Positions 41,341 through 51,963 of a stretch of 64,000 nucleotides of DNA are shown here, piece after piece (the stretch's first letter is position 1; each line of letters begins with the position of its first letter). The DNA is from Bdellovibrionales bacterium (lineage in GTDB: Bacteria > Bdellovibrionota > Bdellovibrionia > Bdellovibrionales > UBA1609): assembly GCA_965219095.1 (NCBI GenBank), contig CBDCMT010000001.1, positions 2,112,001 to 2,176,000 of the forward strand. Direction: 5' to 3'. Under the pieces are notes generated by a model, which was not told the origin of the DNA, did no database searches, and saw only the letters and a list, made by a program, of their open reading frames with translations. A program made the translations under genes and the position numbers.

Positions 41341-42033
41341 TTAAAATTTCAAAGAAACTATGGATATATCCTTATGTTGTATGAAAAAACTTGTGATTTC
41401 TTTTATATTTTTTATATGAATTTCTATGAGGTTTTTAATAACCTTTAAATAAGGTTTCATTGAATGCAAATGAATTAAGTAGTGGTGCCTATGTTCTTTA
41501 GGGTCATCCACATGTTTATGGGAATTGATGTAATTTTCATAAGATTCTAAATAAGCTTTTAGATGTTTTTGGCTTTCGTCCTTATAGTAATCTTCATTTG
41601 TGTTATAAGCTTTAAAGTTTGTAGGAGGCGTTAAGGTTCTTTCAAGAATGTCTGTTTCTAAAATTTGTATAGTATTTTCCACCCAAGCCATGTGGGTATC
41701 GAATACCTTCCGCATTTCTTCTAAATGACTGATTTTCTCCTTTATGTAATTTCCGTATTGTTTAAAGTAATTTTCAGAAATGTTTTGAGTTTCTTTTATT
41801 TTATGACAATTTGATTCTATTTGCTCTACTTTTTCTGAATACTGTATGATTTGAGGATGAAAAACTTTCAAGTCATCATGTATACTCTCTAAAGAATTAG
41901 AAATAGCCTCTCTCAACTTTAATTCCTGTGTAGCTTGTACTGTACTTAGAAAGCTGAATAAGGGAATCAAAAAGATTTGTGTTAATATGTCTTTTATCAT
42001 TTTTTTTAAATGCATTATATTAAATAATAACAT
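41341..42033 (-). CDS. Hypothetical helical His-rich protein, probably secreted
   Basis: 230-aa ORF with hydrophobic N-terminus ending VQA; downstream hairpin ~41298-41340. Confidence 0.6.
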   Translation of the reverse strand: MLLFNIMHLKKMIKDILTQIFLIPLFSFLSTVQATQELKLREAISNSLESIHDDLKVFHPQIIQYSEKVEQIESNCHKIKETQNISENYFKQYGNYIKEKISHLEEMRKVFDTHMAWVENTIQILETDILERTLTPPTNFKAYNTNEDYYKDESQKHLKAYLESYENYINSHKHVDDPKEHRHHYLIHLHSMKPYLKVIKNLIEIHIKNIKEITSFFIQHKDISIVSLKF

Positions 42034-42226
42034 AAAAAATCTACAAATGATAGAAAATTTATTATTGGTTTTTGTATGTGAAATGACCTATGGGACTACT
42101 GATAAAATATCAACAAATATAGGACTCACTTTGAAATAATTACACATCTTAAACGTAAGTCAGTTATCTGACCGCCCTATCTGAGCTTAAATTTCTCTTA
42201 TAAGTTTTTCTTAGAGGGAGGATTTT

Positions 42227-42556
42227 ATGGAAGAAGGGATTAATTTAAAAAAGAAGATACAGCTTTGTCGAGAGGAAAATTCCAACAAGAAGCTTATACG
42301 CTACCCAGAAGCTCTTAAGAGAGAGATTCTAGATTTTTTGAAAGAGGAAAAGGTTTTTAAATTTTGTAAAGAGACAAAAGTCACCTCCTCCACGATCAAT
42401 AACTGGAAGAAGTCTTATGTTTCAACAGTATCCCCTAAGAAGTCTCTTTTTAAGGCCGTTTCTTTGAAAAAGGAAAGCTTATGTGAGGATAAGAAGGTCT
42501 TAGTCTTAAAGGGTCTAGATTGGGAAGAGATTTTAGAATTAGTGAAGAATTTATGA
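42227..42556 (+). CDS. tnpA: IS66 accessory protein TnpA (HTH)
   Basis: RYPEALKR, STINNWKK; first ORF of IS66-B. Confidence 0.75.
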   Translation: MEEGINLKKKIQLCREENSNKKLIRYPEALKREILDFLKEEKVFKFCKETKVTSSTINNWKKSYVSTVSPKKSLFKAVSLKKESLCEDKKVLVLKGLDWEEILELVKNL

Positions 42557-42882
42557 TCTTTTTTTCTGAAGGCTATCGTATTTTTGTCTGCTCTCGAAAG
42601 ATAGATATGCGATGGAGTTTTGAGAGGTTAAGTTATTTGGTAAGAAGTGAGATGAAAGGTGAGATCAACTTGGGAGATCTTTATCTCTTTCTAGGTTTTA
42701 ACAGAAAGAGGTTAAAGGGTCTGTTCTATGATGGGAGTGATCTTGTTTTACTAACAAAGAGGATGGAGAAAAAAAGGTTTATGAGTTTAAGTGATTTAAG
42801 TTTTCCCCAATTAACAAGGAGTGAGCTTAAGCTTTTAGTTCATGGTTCGATTTTAAGAAAGTACGAACCTGAGAAAAGATAA
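42553..42882 (+). CDS. tnpB: IS66 accessory protein TnpB (Orf2-like, not the RNA-guided TnpB)
   Basis: IDMRWSFERL, LYLF...RKRLKGLFYDG...LLTKRME; ATGA overlap. Confidence 0.85.
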   Translation: MIFFSEGYRIFVCSRKIDMRWSFERLSYLVRSEMKGEINLGDLYLFLGFNRKRLKGLFYDGSDLVLLTKRMEKKRFMSLSDLSFPQLTRSELKLLVHGSILRKYEPEKR

Positions 42883-42945
42883 TTTTTTTAGATTATTTTT
42901 TTTTAAAATCTTGCAAAACAAAAAAAGACATGTTGACATTAATGT

Positions 42946-43996
42946 ATGCAAATGAGTCTTTTTCCTTATTTAAAAAAAAAAGCGAAAACCCTGAATACAA
43001 ACATCTTCCTTCGTTTGTTCGAGAGGAAAAAGACTCAGAAAATATAAAGTTGATTTTCAATGAATTCATTCACCTTTATAAAAAAAAAATTAAATGAGCT
43101 TAAGAAGAAAAAAGAATTAAAGAAGATCAATTAAAGCTTTTTAATGATGAACAGCTTAGTAAGTTCAAGAAAATAGTATTTGGAAAATCCAGTGAAAAAA
43201 GAAAACTATCTTCTCGTAGTAGAAAGAAGCTTAAAAAGACAATTCTTCTTGAAGCTGAGAGTTTAGTTCCTGCTCCTAAGGAAGAGGAGATGAAGGCTGA
43301 TCTTCCCCTAAAAAAGTGGACAGTTTTTATTACTTTAGTGAGAGCCGTTCAGCGTGTTCTGTTAAAGAACTCTTAGGCTCTTATAAGGGGCTTATTTTAA
43401 CAGATGGATACGTTAGTTATAAAACACACTTTAAGGATGAAAAGGGAATTGATCTTGCTTTTTGTTGGTCTCATGCGAGAAGAAAGTTTATTGACATAGA
43501 ACAGAATTACCCTAAGGAGTGTGGAAAAGTATTAAAGCTTATGGGGGAGATTTTTAAAGTTGAATCAAAGGCAAAAACTTATGAAGAGCTCAAAAGTTTA
43601 AGACAAACAGAATCAAAGGATTTAGTTTTTAAACTTCAGGATCTGTATTATAAGCTTTATGGAAAAGCTCGTCCTGAGAGTGGGTTAAAAAAGGCTATTG
43701 ATTATAGCTTTAATCACTGGGATGGCTTAAATTTATTTTTAGAAAATGAGAAAATTCCTATGACCAACAATGAAGCAGAAAGAACGATTCGACATTCTGT
43801 GATGGGAAGAAAGAACTTTCATGGATCAAGGACTCAGAGAGGGGCTGAAACAGCAGCAGTGCTTTACACTATTGTGGAAAGTTGTAAGAAGGTGGAATTA
43901 GATCCTAAGGACTATATTTTAATGGTTGTGGGAAACTCCCTCGATAAGATACCTATTAAAACGCCTTTTGAGTATACAAGTGAGCTTCGTTCTTAA
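42946..43996 (+). pseudogene. tnpC: IS66 transposase TnpC, frameshifted and internally deleted
   Basis: VFGKSSEKR fragment; TDGY, CWSHARRKF, TNNEAERTIR. Confidence 0.85.
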
Positions 43997-44300
43997 AGAA
44001 TAAAGCACAAAGAAAATCAAAATTATGAAAAAAAACTAAGAATTATTCTTTTAAGAACTTCTCTAATACTTTTGTAACGGGGAAGGCCTTAGGAAAACGT
44101 CTTACAACGCCGTTTTACAACAAGATCAATAAAAACTTCTCCTTTAAAATCTAAGAAATATCCTCCTCAGTAGAAGTCAAGGGCTGTTAAGAAACTGACT
44201 TATCGAAAACCCAACCCCCTTTTTTTATATTGAAATAAAGAGGCGATAAGGAATAGGTTTGTCAATAATAGTCAACCTAGACTTCTTGAATAAAGTTTAT

Positions 44301-45791
44301 TTAATACAGTTTCATTTGTGAAAATCTAGACATAAATTCTTCCATGTCTTTTATACTACTAGATAGTTCTGCCATAGAAAGTAGGCTGAACAGTTCAGCG
44401 ATTCGGAAAGAAATTCTACGAGCTTTTTTTTCTTCTTGGATTATACCTTTTGGCATAAGTTGGGATAACTCTTGCAAGATATGAGAAGCAAGTGGGATGG
44501 TTTTTGATTGTATAATGTCAAAACTTTCTGGATATTTTTTAAAAACTCGTACAACATCAAGGCTTAATACGTTGGTAGTTCCCTCCCAAATAGAAAAAAC
44601 TTGAGTATCTCTTAATCGGCGTGGTAGATCGGTATCCTCAATATAACCTGCTCCTCCAAAGCTTTCTAAAACCTCACTGACAACCTTTAAGCACACTTTA
44701 GCTGTGAAAAGTTTGACAACAGGAGTAAGAAGCCTCCATAAAATGATTTCTTCTTCAGAAGCTTTTTTTAACTCTACTTTTTCAAAAAGTTTTACAACAT
44801 AAAAAGTAAAACAAAAGCAAGCTCTTGTTTGTGCTTCTAAATCATCTAAAGTTTCCTTATGGAGAGAGTGTTCTATGAGAGTTTTGCCAAAGGCCTGTCG
44901 TTTCAGAGCGTAATCTTGAGCTAATAACAAAGCACTCCTTGCTTCACTGATAGCACAAACTGCATTGTAAAGACGAGTGGTGTTTAAAACAGGAGATATG
45001 TTTTTAATTCCCTCGCCTAGTTCTCCTACGAGATAAGCTGGTGTTCTTTCAAGCTCTAACTCTGCTGTAGGTAAAGCCTTCGTTCCTAACTTATCCTTAA
45101 GTCTTCTGATTTTTATATTTTGAAGCCTTCCCTTTTCATCTTTTAAACAAATAGCAAATAAACTTAAACCTTGATGTGTTTTAGCCAAAGCTAAAGACAT
45201 ATGCGATGTTGTAGCCGAAGAAAACCACTTTTGCCCTTTTAAATAGTACAAACCCTCTGAAAAGGATGCTTCGGTAAATGTTCTAGACACATCAGAGCCT
45301 CCTGTTATTTCTGTCATCCATTGTCCTGATGTCCAAAAAAAATGAGGATCACGGCTTAACAGATGAGGAATAAAAATCTTCTTTACCTGAGAGTTAGCTT
45401 TTTTTTCTAAAGCTAAAACAGCTCCGTCTGTCATAGCTAAAGGGCAGGAAAAAAACGCACTCATGTGATGGAACACATAAATATGCGACATTTGATAAAG
45501 ACGTGCATGAGGTGTGTTTTCATAAGTCATGGCAATCAAACCCTCTTTAGCAGAAAAGTCGTGCATACTTTGCCATAAAGCTGAAAGCTCTATTTTATCA
45601 CTTCTTTTTCCCCAAGGATCATAAGGTATGTGCTGAGGGTAATGGTAATGAATCCGAGAGTCCCAATTAAGTTTCTTACTAAAACTTTCAAGACGGCTGA
45701 GGTCTTTTATGTGTTGCTTCAAATAAGTTTGCAAAAGAGGGTCACCTTTAAAAAGACAAGGTTTTTGAGGAGGGGTTTGATAAAAACTCAT
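44301..45791 (-). CDS. Acyl-CoA dehydrogenase (AidB-like)
   Basis: CPLAMTDG, WTSGQWMTE.TGGSDV, RLKDKLGT, R.AFG, GGAGYIED, IWEGTTNV. Confidence 0.9.
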   Translation of the reverse strand: MSFYQTPPQKPCLFKGDPLLQTYLKQHIKDLSRLESFSKKLNWDSRIHYHYPQHIPYDPWGKRSDKIELSALWQSMHDFSAKEGLIAMTYENTPHARLYQMSHIYVFHHMSAFFSCPLAMTDGAVLALEKKANSQVKKIFIPHLLSRDPHFFWTSGQWMTEITGGSDVSRTFTEASFSEGLYYLKGQKWFSSATTSHMSLALAKTHQGLSLFAICLKDEKGRLQNIKIRRLKDKLGTKALPTAELELERTPAYLVGELGEGIKNISPVLNTTRLYNAVCAISEARSALLLAQDYALKRQAFGKTLIEHSLHKETLDDLEAQTRACFCFTFYVVKLFEKVELKKASEEEIILWRLLTPVVKLFTAKVCLKVVSEVLESFGGAGYIEDTDLPRRLRDTQVFSIWEGTTNVLSLDVVRVFKKYPESFDIIQSKTIPLASHILQELSQLMPKGIIQEEKKARRISFRIAELFSLLSMAELSSSIKDMEEFMSRFSQMKLY

Positions 45792-46675
45792 GAACCTAAC
45801 TTCCAGTTCATAAAGTTTTCTCTTTGATGAATAGGGATATACTTTCCTTTTTCATTTTTAGAAATTTGAGAAAGTGCATATTGGCTATCATGAGTATAAA
45901 ACAAATACCAAGAGTCTTTGCAAGCTCTTTTATAAAGACTTTGTTTTTCATCAATGACCTTTTCAGGATAACGATCGTAACCCATAGTTAAAGGGAGGTG
46001 TAACCAAGGGATTCCAGGAATTAAATCTCCGGCAAAAAACACAAGATCTTTGTGTTTTTTAAAACCTACATGAAGTTGTCCCGGTGTATGTCCATAACTT
46101 AAATGAAAGAAAAGTTCTTCAGGAAGCTTTTCAGGTTTTTTATCCTTTTTCACAACCAAAAGCCTTTTTGATTCCTTAAGTAAGGGTACAAGAGAGGGTA
46201 TAAAAGAAGCCCTATCTCTTAAATGAGGTTTTTGAGCACGTTCTAAAGCCACATCCCCTACAACATAACAAGCTTTAGGAAACAAAAGCCTTGGTTTTTT
46301 GTCAGGATCATAAACTGATAAAAGTCCTCCCGCATGATCGAAGTGCAGATGAGATAAAATGACAAAATCAATATCTTCTTCGTTGAGGCCTATGTTCTTT
46401 AAATTCTCTAAAAGAATATGGGTTTTAGGGTTTTGAACACCATACCTTTCAGCTAAAGAAGGTTCAAAAAAAGCTCCAATCCCTGTTTCGCAAAGAATGT
46501 TTACAGAGCCTATTTGAGCAAGCAAAGCTCTACAAGCTAGAGGGATACGGTTTTTTTCATCAGAAGGAAGCCATTTCTTCCATAATTCTTTAGGAACGTT
46601 TCCAAACATAGCTCCCCCATCTAATAGCTGACGATTACCTTCAATAGAGGATAAAATGATAGATTCTTTCATCAT
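45788..46675 (-). CDS. MBL-fold metallo-hydrolase (YtnP-like)
   Basis: LDGGAMFG.VPK, SHLHFDHAGG, GHTPG, GDLIP, MGYD. Confidence 0.9.
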   Translation of the reverse strand: MMKESIILSSIEGNRQLLDGGAMFGNVPKELWKKWLPSDEKNRIPLACRALLAQIGSVNILCETGIGAFFEPSLAERYGVQNPKTHILLENLKNIGLNEEDIDFVILSHLHFDHAGGLLSVYDPDKKPRLLFPKACYVVGDVALERAQKPHLRDRASFIPSLVPLLKESKRLLVVKKDKKPEKLPEELFFHLSYGHTPGQLHVGFKKHKDLVFFAGDLIPGIPWLHLPLTMGYDRYPEKVIDEKQSLYKRACKDSWYLFYTHDSQYALSQISKNEKGKYIPIHQRENFMNWKLGS

Positions 46676-46770
46676 TAAGTATTATAGCATAAGCTTTCAT
46701 TTAATCACTACAATGCGTTAAAAACGTCTCATTTTTTCTTCTATAGACATAAGAAAATCCCTTAGAGATA

Positions 46771-48624
46771 ATGAAGTGTATGTCTCAAACACGCCCTTCT
46801 TCAGGCCTCCACTGGATCATTGCAACAGGAATTGTAGGGGCCGATATTGGAACGTCTGTTTTTTATGGTACAGGTATTTTGTTCCCCATTGTAGGTTACT
46901 GGGCACCTTTTTTTATTTTACTTGTGTGTTTTATGATGTGGTTTTTTAAGCGAACCTATGAAGAGGGTTTAGCTTTAAGTCCTTATAACGGTGGATCTTA
47001 TTCCATGGTTTTGAGAAGTTTAGGACGAAGAGTAGCTGTTCTTATAGGAGCTATGACAGTGCTTTCTTACCTTGCTACAGCTACTGTGAGTTCTCTTTCA
47101 GGAGCGTATTATTTCTCAACGCTTTGGGAAAGCTCTTTTGACTCTTCCACCATTGTGCTTATGGCTTTTTTTCCTCTTGTTTTTTTTGGCATCTTGAACT
47201 CAAGAGGTATTAAAGAACCTGCAAAACTTGTGACTGTGATCACGGCCTTGCATTTTGCACTTTTAACCATCATGGCTTTATGGGGTCTTTTTTATTTAGC
47301 TTTTCATTACGAAGCTATTGATTTTACAAGGCTTCAAAACTTACAGTTGAGAAAAGAGTTTACTTTAGGACTTTTTGTTTACGGAGTGGCGGCTGCTTTT
47401 CTAGGGATTACAGGTTTTGAATCAGCGGCACAAATTGTAGAGGAATTACAAGCTCCGGCCCTCCTTACTGTCAAACGCCTTTATAAGGCTGTGATTCTTC
47501 TTGTGTCTTTCACTGCTCCTCTTATTTCTTTTTTGTGTTTGATGATTCTTACAAAAAACGAAGTGAACCAAAACCTCGATTCTCTTCTTTCAGCCTTAGC
47601 TCATAAACTAGGAGGACGTGGTTTTGTGACGGTAATTGTAGTGGATGCAACTTTAACTCTTTTTGCAGCCACTAACACAGCTTTTGTAGGATTCATTGGT
47701 CTCGCCACCACTATGGCCAAACAAGGAAATTTACCTCTTTTTCTTCTATCTCGCTTCCAACATCATTTTCCCTCCGTAAAAGGCTACCCTTTTATTGCTT
47801 TACCTTTTATGTTAATTGCCATGCTCATGACAGCTTTCGTTACAGGGGAAATTGAAGTTGTGGCTAAAGTTTATGAAATTTCTTTTATTTTTGTCATGGT
47901 GAGTTTCTGTATAGGTGTGATTCTTATGAGAAATAGGAAAATTAGAAACAACATTCAAACAGAATACCTTTCCACTTGGATCTTAAAAATAAAAAATAAA
48001 AAAATCCCTATTATACCTTTAGCTTCAGCTCTTGTTTTACTTACAGCTAATGTGGTTTTGTTCTTAAATTCATCAAACCAAGTACATCTTATGTTGCTTT
48101 TTCTCCTGTCTTTTACTCTTTTGATTATGATCTACTACCGATGGGGGGTTTTAGAGAAACGTTTAGAAACTCACAGTGACTTGCGTTTAGGATTAGGAGT
48201 TTATTCGCGAGTCATGGACCTCCCTCACGACTTAAAGAAGTATGTTCTTTGTGCTGGAGGTGTAAATGTGAGGCGACTCATCAACCAGTGTATTGAAGTT
48301 CTCTTAAAGAGGGAGGAAAAATTTGAGCTTATCATTTTTCATGCAGAAGACAGTCCTGAAGAAGAAAAGGAATCCTTTTTCTTTGAATTGCTTCAAAGAG
48401 TGATTTCTCAGCAAATCGCCCCCCTCTATGAAAAACGAGGAGACTTTATTTTAACAGTCAAAGTTTTACCAGGAGGCCTTGAAGAAGGTTTACAAGGTCT
48501 TAAAAAAATCACTCATATTGAAAGAATTTTTTTAGGAGTGGGACGTACTTTAGAGGGAACACAAAAAGCCTCTCAGTCCATTTCTTCTGAAATTCAAATT
48601 GAAACAGAAATCATAGAAAGGTAG
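46771..48624 (+). CDS. APC-superfamily transporter with cytoplasmic C-terminal domain
   Basis: GADIGTS, NGGSY, ITGFESAAQ, ~12 hydrophobic segments. Confidence 0.82.
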   Translation: MKCMSQTRPSSGLHWIIATGIVGADIGTSVFYGTGILFPIVGYWAPFFILLVCFMMWFFKRTYEEGLALSPYNGGSYSMVLRSLGRRVAVLIGAMTVLSYLATATVSSLSGAYYFSTLWESSFDSSTIVLMAFFPLVFFGILNSRGIKEPAKLVTVITALHFALLTIMALWGLFYLAFHYEAIDFTRLQNLQLRKEFTLGLFVYGVAAAFLGITGFESAAQIVEELQAPALLTVKRLYKAVILLVSFTAPLISFLCLMILTKNEVNQNLDSLLSALAHKLGGRGFVTVIVVDATLTLFAATNTAFVGFIGLATTMAKQGNLPLFLLSRFQHHFPSVKGYPFIALPFMLIAMLMTAFVTGEIEVVAKVYEISFIFVMVSFCIGVILMRNRKIRNNIQTEYLSTWILKIKNKKIPIIPLASALVLLTANVVLFLNSSNQVHLMLLFLLSFTLLIMIYYRWGVLEKRLETHSDLRLGLGVYSRVMDLPHDLKKYVLCAGGVNVRRLINQCIEVLLKREEKFELIIFHAEDSPEEEKESFFFELLQRVISQQIAPLYEKRGDFILTVKVLPGGLEEGLQGLKKITHIERIFLGVGRTLEGTQKASQSISSEIQIETEIIER

Positions 48625-48629
48625 AGTTT

Positions 48630-49670
48630 ATGACAAAGAAAATAGGTATTTTAGGGGGAGGTCAGTTAGCTCGCATGCTCACACAAGAGGCTCTTCCTAT
48701 GGGCTTAGAAATCCATGCCTTATCGGAGAGTAAAGATGATCCTGTTGCAAAGGTTTGCCCTTTGTGGAAAAAAGGCTCGTTGAAATCAAAAAGAGATTTA
48801 AAAAAATTTTCGGAAAGAATGGATCTTCTTACTTTTGAAAGTGAATTCTTGAACACAAATCTCTTAAAAACTTTTAAAATAAAACCATCTTTGCGTCTTA
48901 TGACAATCTTACAAGATAAACTTCATCAAAAACTCTTTTTAGAAGAATACAAACTTCCTGTGACTCCCCTTAAAAAAAATCTTCTCTTTCCTTTTGTGGT
49001 AAAGCTCAGAAAACTCAGCTACGATGGTTATGGCACTTTCTTCGTTAACAATTTTGCAGATTTCACAAAACATTCTCTAAACTTTCGGAGCAAGGAATTT
49101 TTGTGGGAAGAAAAAATAGACTTTAAACGAGAATTAGCCATTACGGCTGTTAGAAATAAGAAAAAACAAATTGTTTTCACACCTCTTGTGGAAACCTTTC
49201 AAGAAAAGGGGCGATGTCTCTGGGTCAAAGGGCCTATTCACTTTAAAAAAATAAAAGGAGTAAAAGAAAAAATCAGAAGATTTTTAAACAAGATCCAATA
49301 CGAAGGAGCAATGAGTTTTGAATTTTTTGAAACAAAAAATAAAGAACTTTTCATTAACGAAGTAGCTCCTCGTGTTCATAATTCTTGTCATTACTCTTTA
49401 GATGCTCTCAGTGAAAGTCAGTTTGTCCTTCATTTAAAAGCCATTTTAAATGAAAATTTGACAGAACCGAAACTCCTCTGCAAAAAATTTTGTATGGTGA
49501 ATCTTCTATCGACAGGAAGAAAAAAAATCAAGTTGAGTTGGCCTCAACATGTCCATGTTTATTGGTATGGGAAAAAACACAACAAACCTTATAGAAAAAT
49601 GGGACATATCACTTGTTTAAATCAACCTCTAAGTTTTTTACAAACAAAAAGAAAGGAATTTTTATTATGA
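48630..49670 (+). CDS. purK: N5-carboxyaminoimidazole ribonucleotide synthase
   Basis: [35 protein letters not shown]. Confidence 0.95.
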   Translation: MTKKIGILGGGQLARMLTQEALPMGLEIHALSESKDDPVAKVCPLWKKGSLKSKRDLKKFSERMDLLTFESEFLNTNLLKTFKIKPSLRLMTILQDKLHQKLFLEEYKLPVTPLKKNLLFPFVVKLRKLSYDGYGTFFVNNFADFTKHSLNFRSKEFLWEEKIDFKRELAITAVRNKKKQIVFTPLVETFQEKGRCLWVKGPIHFKKIKGVKEKIRRFLNKIQYEGAMSFEFFETKNKELFINEVAPRVHNSCHYSLDALSESQFVLHLKAILNENLTEPKLLCKKFCMVNLLSTGRKKIKLSWPQHVHVYWYGKKHNKPYRKMGHITCLNQPLSFLQTKRKEFLL

Positions 49671-50152
49671 AAGTAGCTATTATTATGGGAAGTGATTCCG
49701 ATTTACCAAAAATGAAGGAAGGAATTAAACTTTTAAAACAAATGAAGGTTCCCTTAGAGGTAAAAATTGTATCAGCCCACAGAACTCCTTCTTTTATGAA
49801 AGATTATGCTGAAAAAGCTAAAAAAAGAGGGATTCAGATTATCATCGCAGGTGCTGGCGGCTCAGCTCATTTACCCGGCATGGTAGCCTCTCTCTCTCAC
49901 TTACCTGTGATAGGAGTTCCCATTGAAACTAAAAAACTTAAAGGTCTTGATTCCTTACTTTCAATAGCACAGATGCCCAAAGGAGTTCCTGTGGCCACTA
50001 TGGCTATTGATAATTCCTTTAACGCTAGCCTCATGGCAATAAGGATTTTATCTCTTCATAACAAATCGCTTCATAAAAGACTCGAAGCTTTTCAGAAAAA
50101 ACAAGCTTACAAAGTGTCAAAAGCAAATCAAAAATTAAAACGTCTCTTTTAG
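49667..50152 (+). CDS. purE: N5-CAIR mutase
   Basis: [38 protein letters not shown] overlap with purK. Confidence 0.97.
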   Translation: MKVAIIMGSDSDLPKMKEGIKLLKQMKVPLEVKIVSAHRTPSFMKDYAEKAKKRGIQIIIAGAGGSAHLPGMVASLSHLPVIGVPIETKKLKGLDSLLSIAQMPKGVPVATMAIDNSFNASLMAIRILSLHNKSLHKRLEAFQKKQAYKVSKANQKLKRLF

Positions 50153-50264
50153 GAGATAAAAGTCTTTTTTTAAAAACTTTTGAAGTGCTTAAGTTCATTC
50201 CATAAGCCTCTTATTTCGGATCTTTTCTTGCTTACTTTTTATTATAAGTAAAAAAGGGGGAACT

Positions 50265-50447
50265 ATAGATAAATATCATTTACAATATGAATTACAATAC
50301 TTTGGACTTAATCCTAAAGAATGGTTATTCTGTGAACTGAAAAATAACACAGCCGTACTGGTGCATAAAAAACATACCTACTTTAAGTTAAAAGGCATTA
50401 TTGAGAAAGATTCTTGGAAGACCATAGACTGTATCAGTTCTTTTTGA
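50265..50447 (+). CDS. Unannotated 60-aa ORF starting at ATA (non-canonical start or pseudogene)
   Basis: SD AAGGGGG at 50254-50260; open frame IDKYHLQYELQYFGLNPKEW...SWKTIDCISSF*. Confidence 0.45.
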   Translation: MDKYHLQYELQYFGLNPKEWLFCELKNNTAVLVHKKHTYFKLKGIIEKDSWKTIDCISSF

Positions 50448-50604
50448 AAGATTTAAAAAGGAAAAAATATCTTTTTTTGTAAATAGGAAGTTTTTTTCTT
50501 GACATACTTTCTCATAGATGACTTCGGTCACAACATAAAATAAAAAAAGGACCATCTGTTAAGATAACCCCTTTTAAACATCTGGTTTTAGTGAAAAAGT
50601 GTTT

Positions 50605-51468
50605 TTACTGAAGAAGGAAAAGACCCATCAAGTTGTAAGCATTTTGAGTGGGAATTCCTATGTGAGTAGCTGCTTTTACAAAGAGCTTATGAATTTCAAC
50701 AGGATCTGCTGTTGCTTGTTCCATCTCATCAAATGAAACTCCAGTCATTTCTTGTGCGTACCAATTAGCTGTCTTTCTATCCATGCTATCTGGATCAAGG
50801 CTTGCAAATTCCATAGCTAGCTCTGCTATTACTGGAGCTTTGTCTTCAGACACATTAAACTGAGTGCGTAAGATTTCAGAGAATTTTTCAATTTTATTTT
50901 CTTCTATAAAACCAAGTTCCATTCCTGTATAGTAACCGTAAGTGCCTTTTGTATCGCTGTATTGTTTTCCTGTGTTAGGATCTGTATAAATCTGATTAAT
51001 AATATAGTACCGTATAATTGTATCTCCCTTTACTATGTGAAAAGGGATTTTAAAGATTCTTTTTGATTGTACAAGATTAGTTACAACGTTTTCCCTATAG
51101 TAAGAGCCAATATCAGGATGATTCGGGCCTGTAAAACGGTTAAGATTCACAGCCACATACCCACTCTCAAAGTTGTTTCTGTCATAATAAATAGCATAAC
51201 CTGTTTGGTTAGTCCATGCCCTTAGTAATACAGTATCGTACCTTACACCTTGCTTATGGAAAACCCTATTAAGCTCTTTTGCAAAAAGTCGAGCTAAGTT
51301 TAGATGATCTTCATTTTGTCTTGTCCCCTTATAGTCATCATAGTCATCACCTACGCCTACGCCTAAGTCTAGATGATCTCTATTTTGGCCACCTCTATAG
51401 CCGCCGCAACCTACGAGTAAAAAAGCCCCAAGGATGATTGTCATTAAAGTTTTTGGTATTGTTTTCAT
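50605..51468 (-). CDS. Hypothetical lipoprotein
   Basis: Lipobox LVGC; SD AAGGAGG. Confidence 0.75.
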   Translation of the reverse strand: MKTIPKTLMTIILGAFLLVGCGGYRGGQNRDHLDLGVGVGDDYDDYKGTRQNEDHLNLARLFAKELNRVFHKQGVRYDTVLLRAWTNQTGYAIYYDRNNFESGYVAVNLNRFTGPNHPDIGSYYRENVVTNLVQSKRIFKIPFHIVKGDTIIRYYIINQIYTDPNTGKQYSDTKGTYGYYTGMELGFIEENKIEKFSEILRTQFNVSEDKAPVIAELAMEFASLDPDSMDRKTANWYAQEMTGVSFDEMEQATADPVEIHKLFVKAATHIGIPTQNAYNLMGLFLLQ

Positions 51469-51963
51469 ATTTCCTCCTTCATGTGTAAAGATTAAACTTA
51501 AAAAAATTATATCCTTACTTTTATTTCATGTAAGTGTAGGAAAGAACTCTTACTTCTGTCGGTTTTATCTTTACCACTCACTTATGTTATAACTACAAAG
51601 CTACTAGCAAACCTCTAATATTTTGTCAATAACCTTTTTAAAAAAATGTTTTAATATTTTGCAACATTTGTTTTGTTCTGACTTTGGTATAAATATATTA
51701 AAAGTTTTTTTGAACTTCATTTTTAATTACTGTGCGTTACATAGAAATCAGGGATTCATACCAGTAAAGATTTTAAAGCTTTCTTGCAAAATAAAATTAA
51801 AATGTAGTGGAATAAAAAACATTTCAATGTGCTTGTTTTTACACTATGGATTGCACTGAAAAAGTGGAGTCAAAATTAATGTATACGCAATGCATTAGTT
51901 CTAGATATAATGTGATAGGACAAAGACTTCCCAAAGGGATAACGAACATGAAAAGGATTATTA

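Larger units (their letters stand above)
42155..44203 (+). mobile_element. IS66-family three-gene element IS66-B, internally deleted
   Basis: Ends GTAAGTCAGTTATCTGACCGCCC / GGGCTGTTAAGAAACTGACTTAT. Confidence 0.9.

Noticed and set aside
42553..42882. TnpB as an RNA-guided IS605-type nuclease
   Set aside because: 109 aa, IS66 Orf2 motifs, no RuvC or zinc finger
51294..51386. Short internal repeat in lipoprotein (QNRDHLDL / QNEDHLNL) as a diversity-generating cassette
   Set aside because: Only two short units; no reverse transcriptase or template repeat in the window
51623..51859. 78-aa ORF
   Set aside because: TTG start without SD, in an AT-rich upstream region ending at an IS-like repeat
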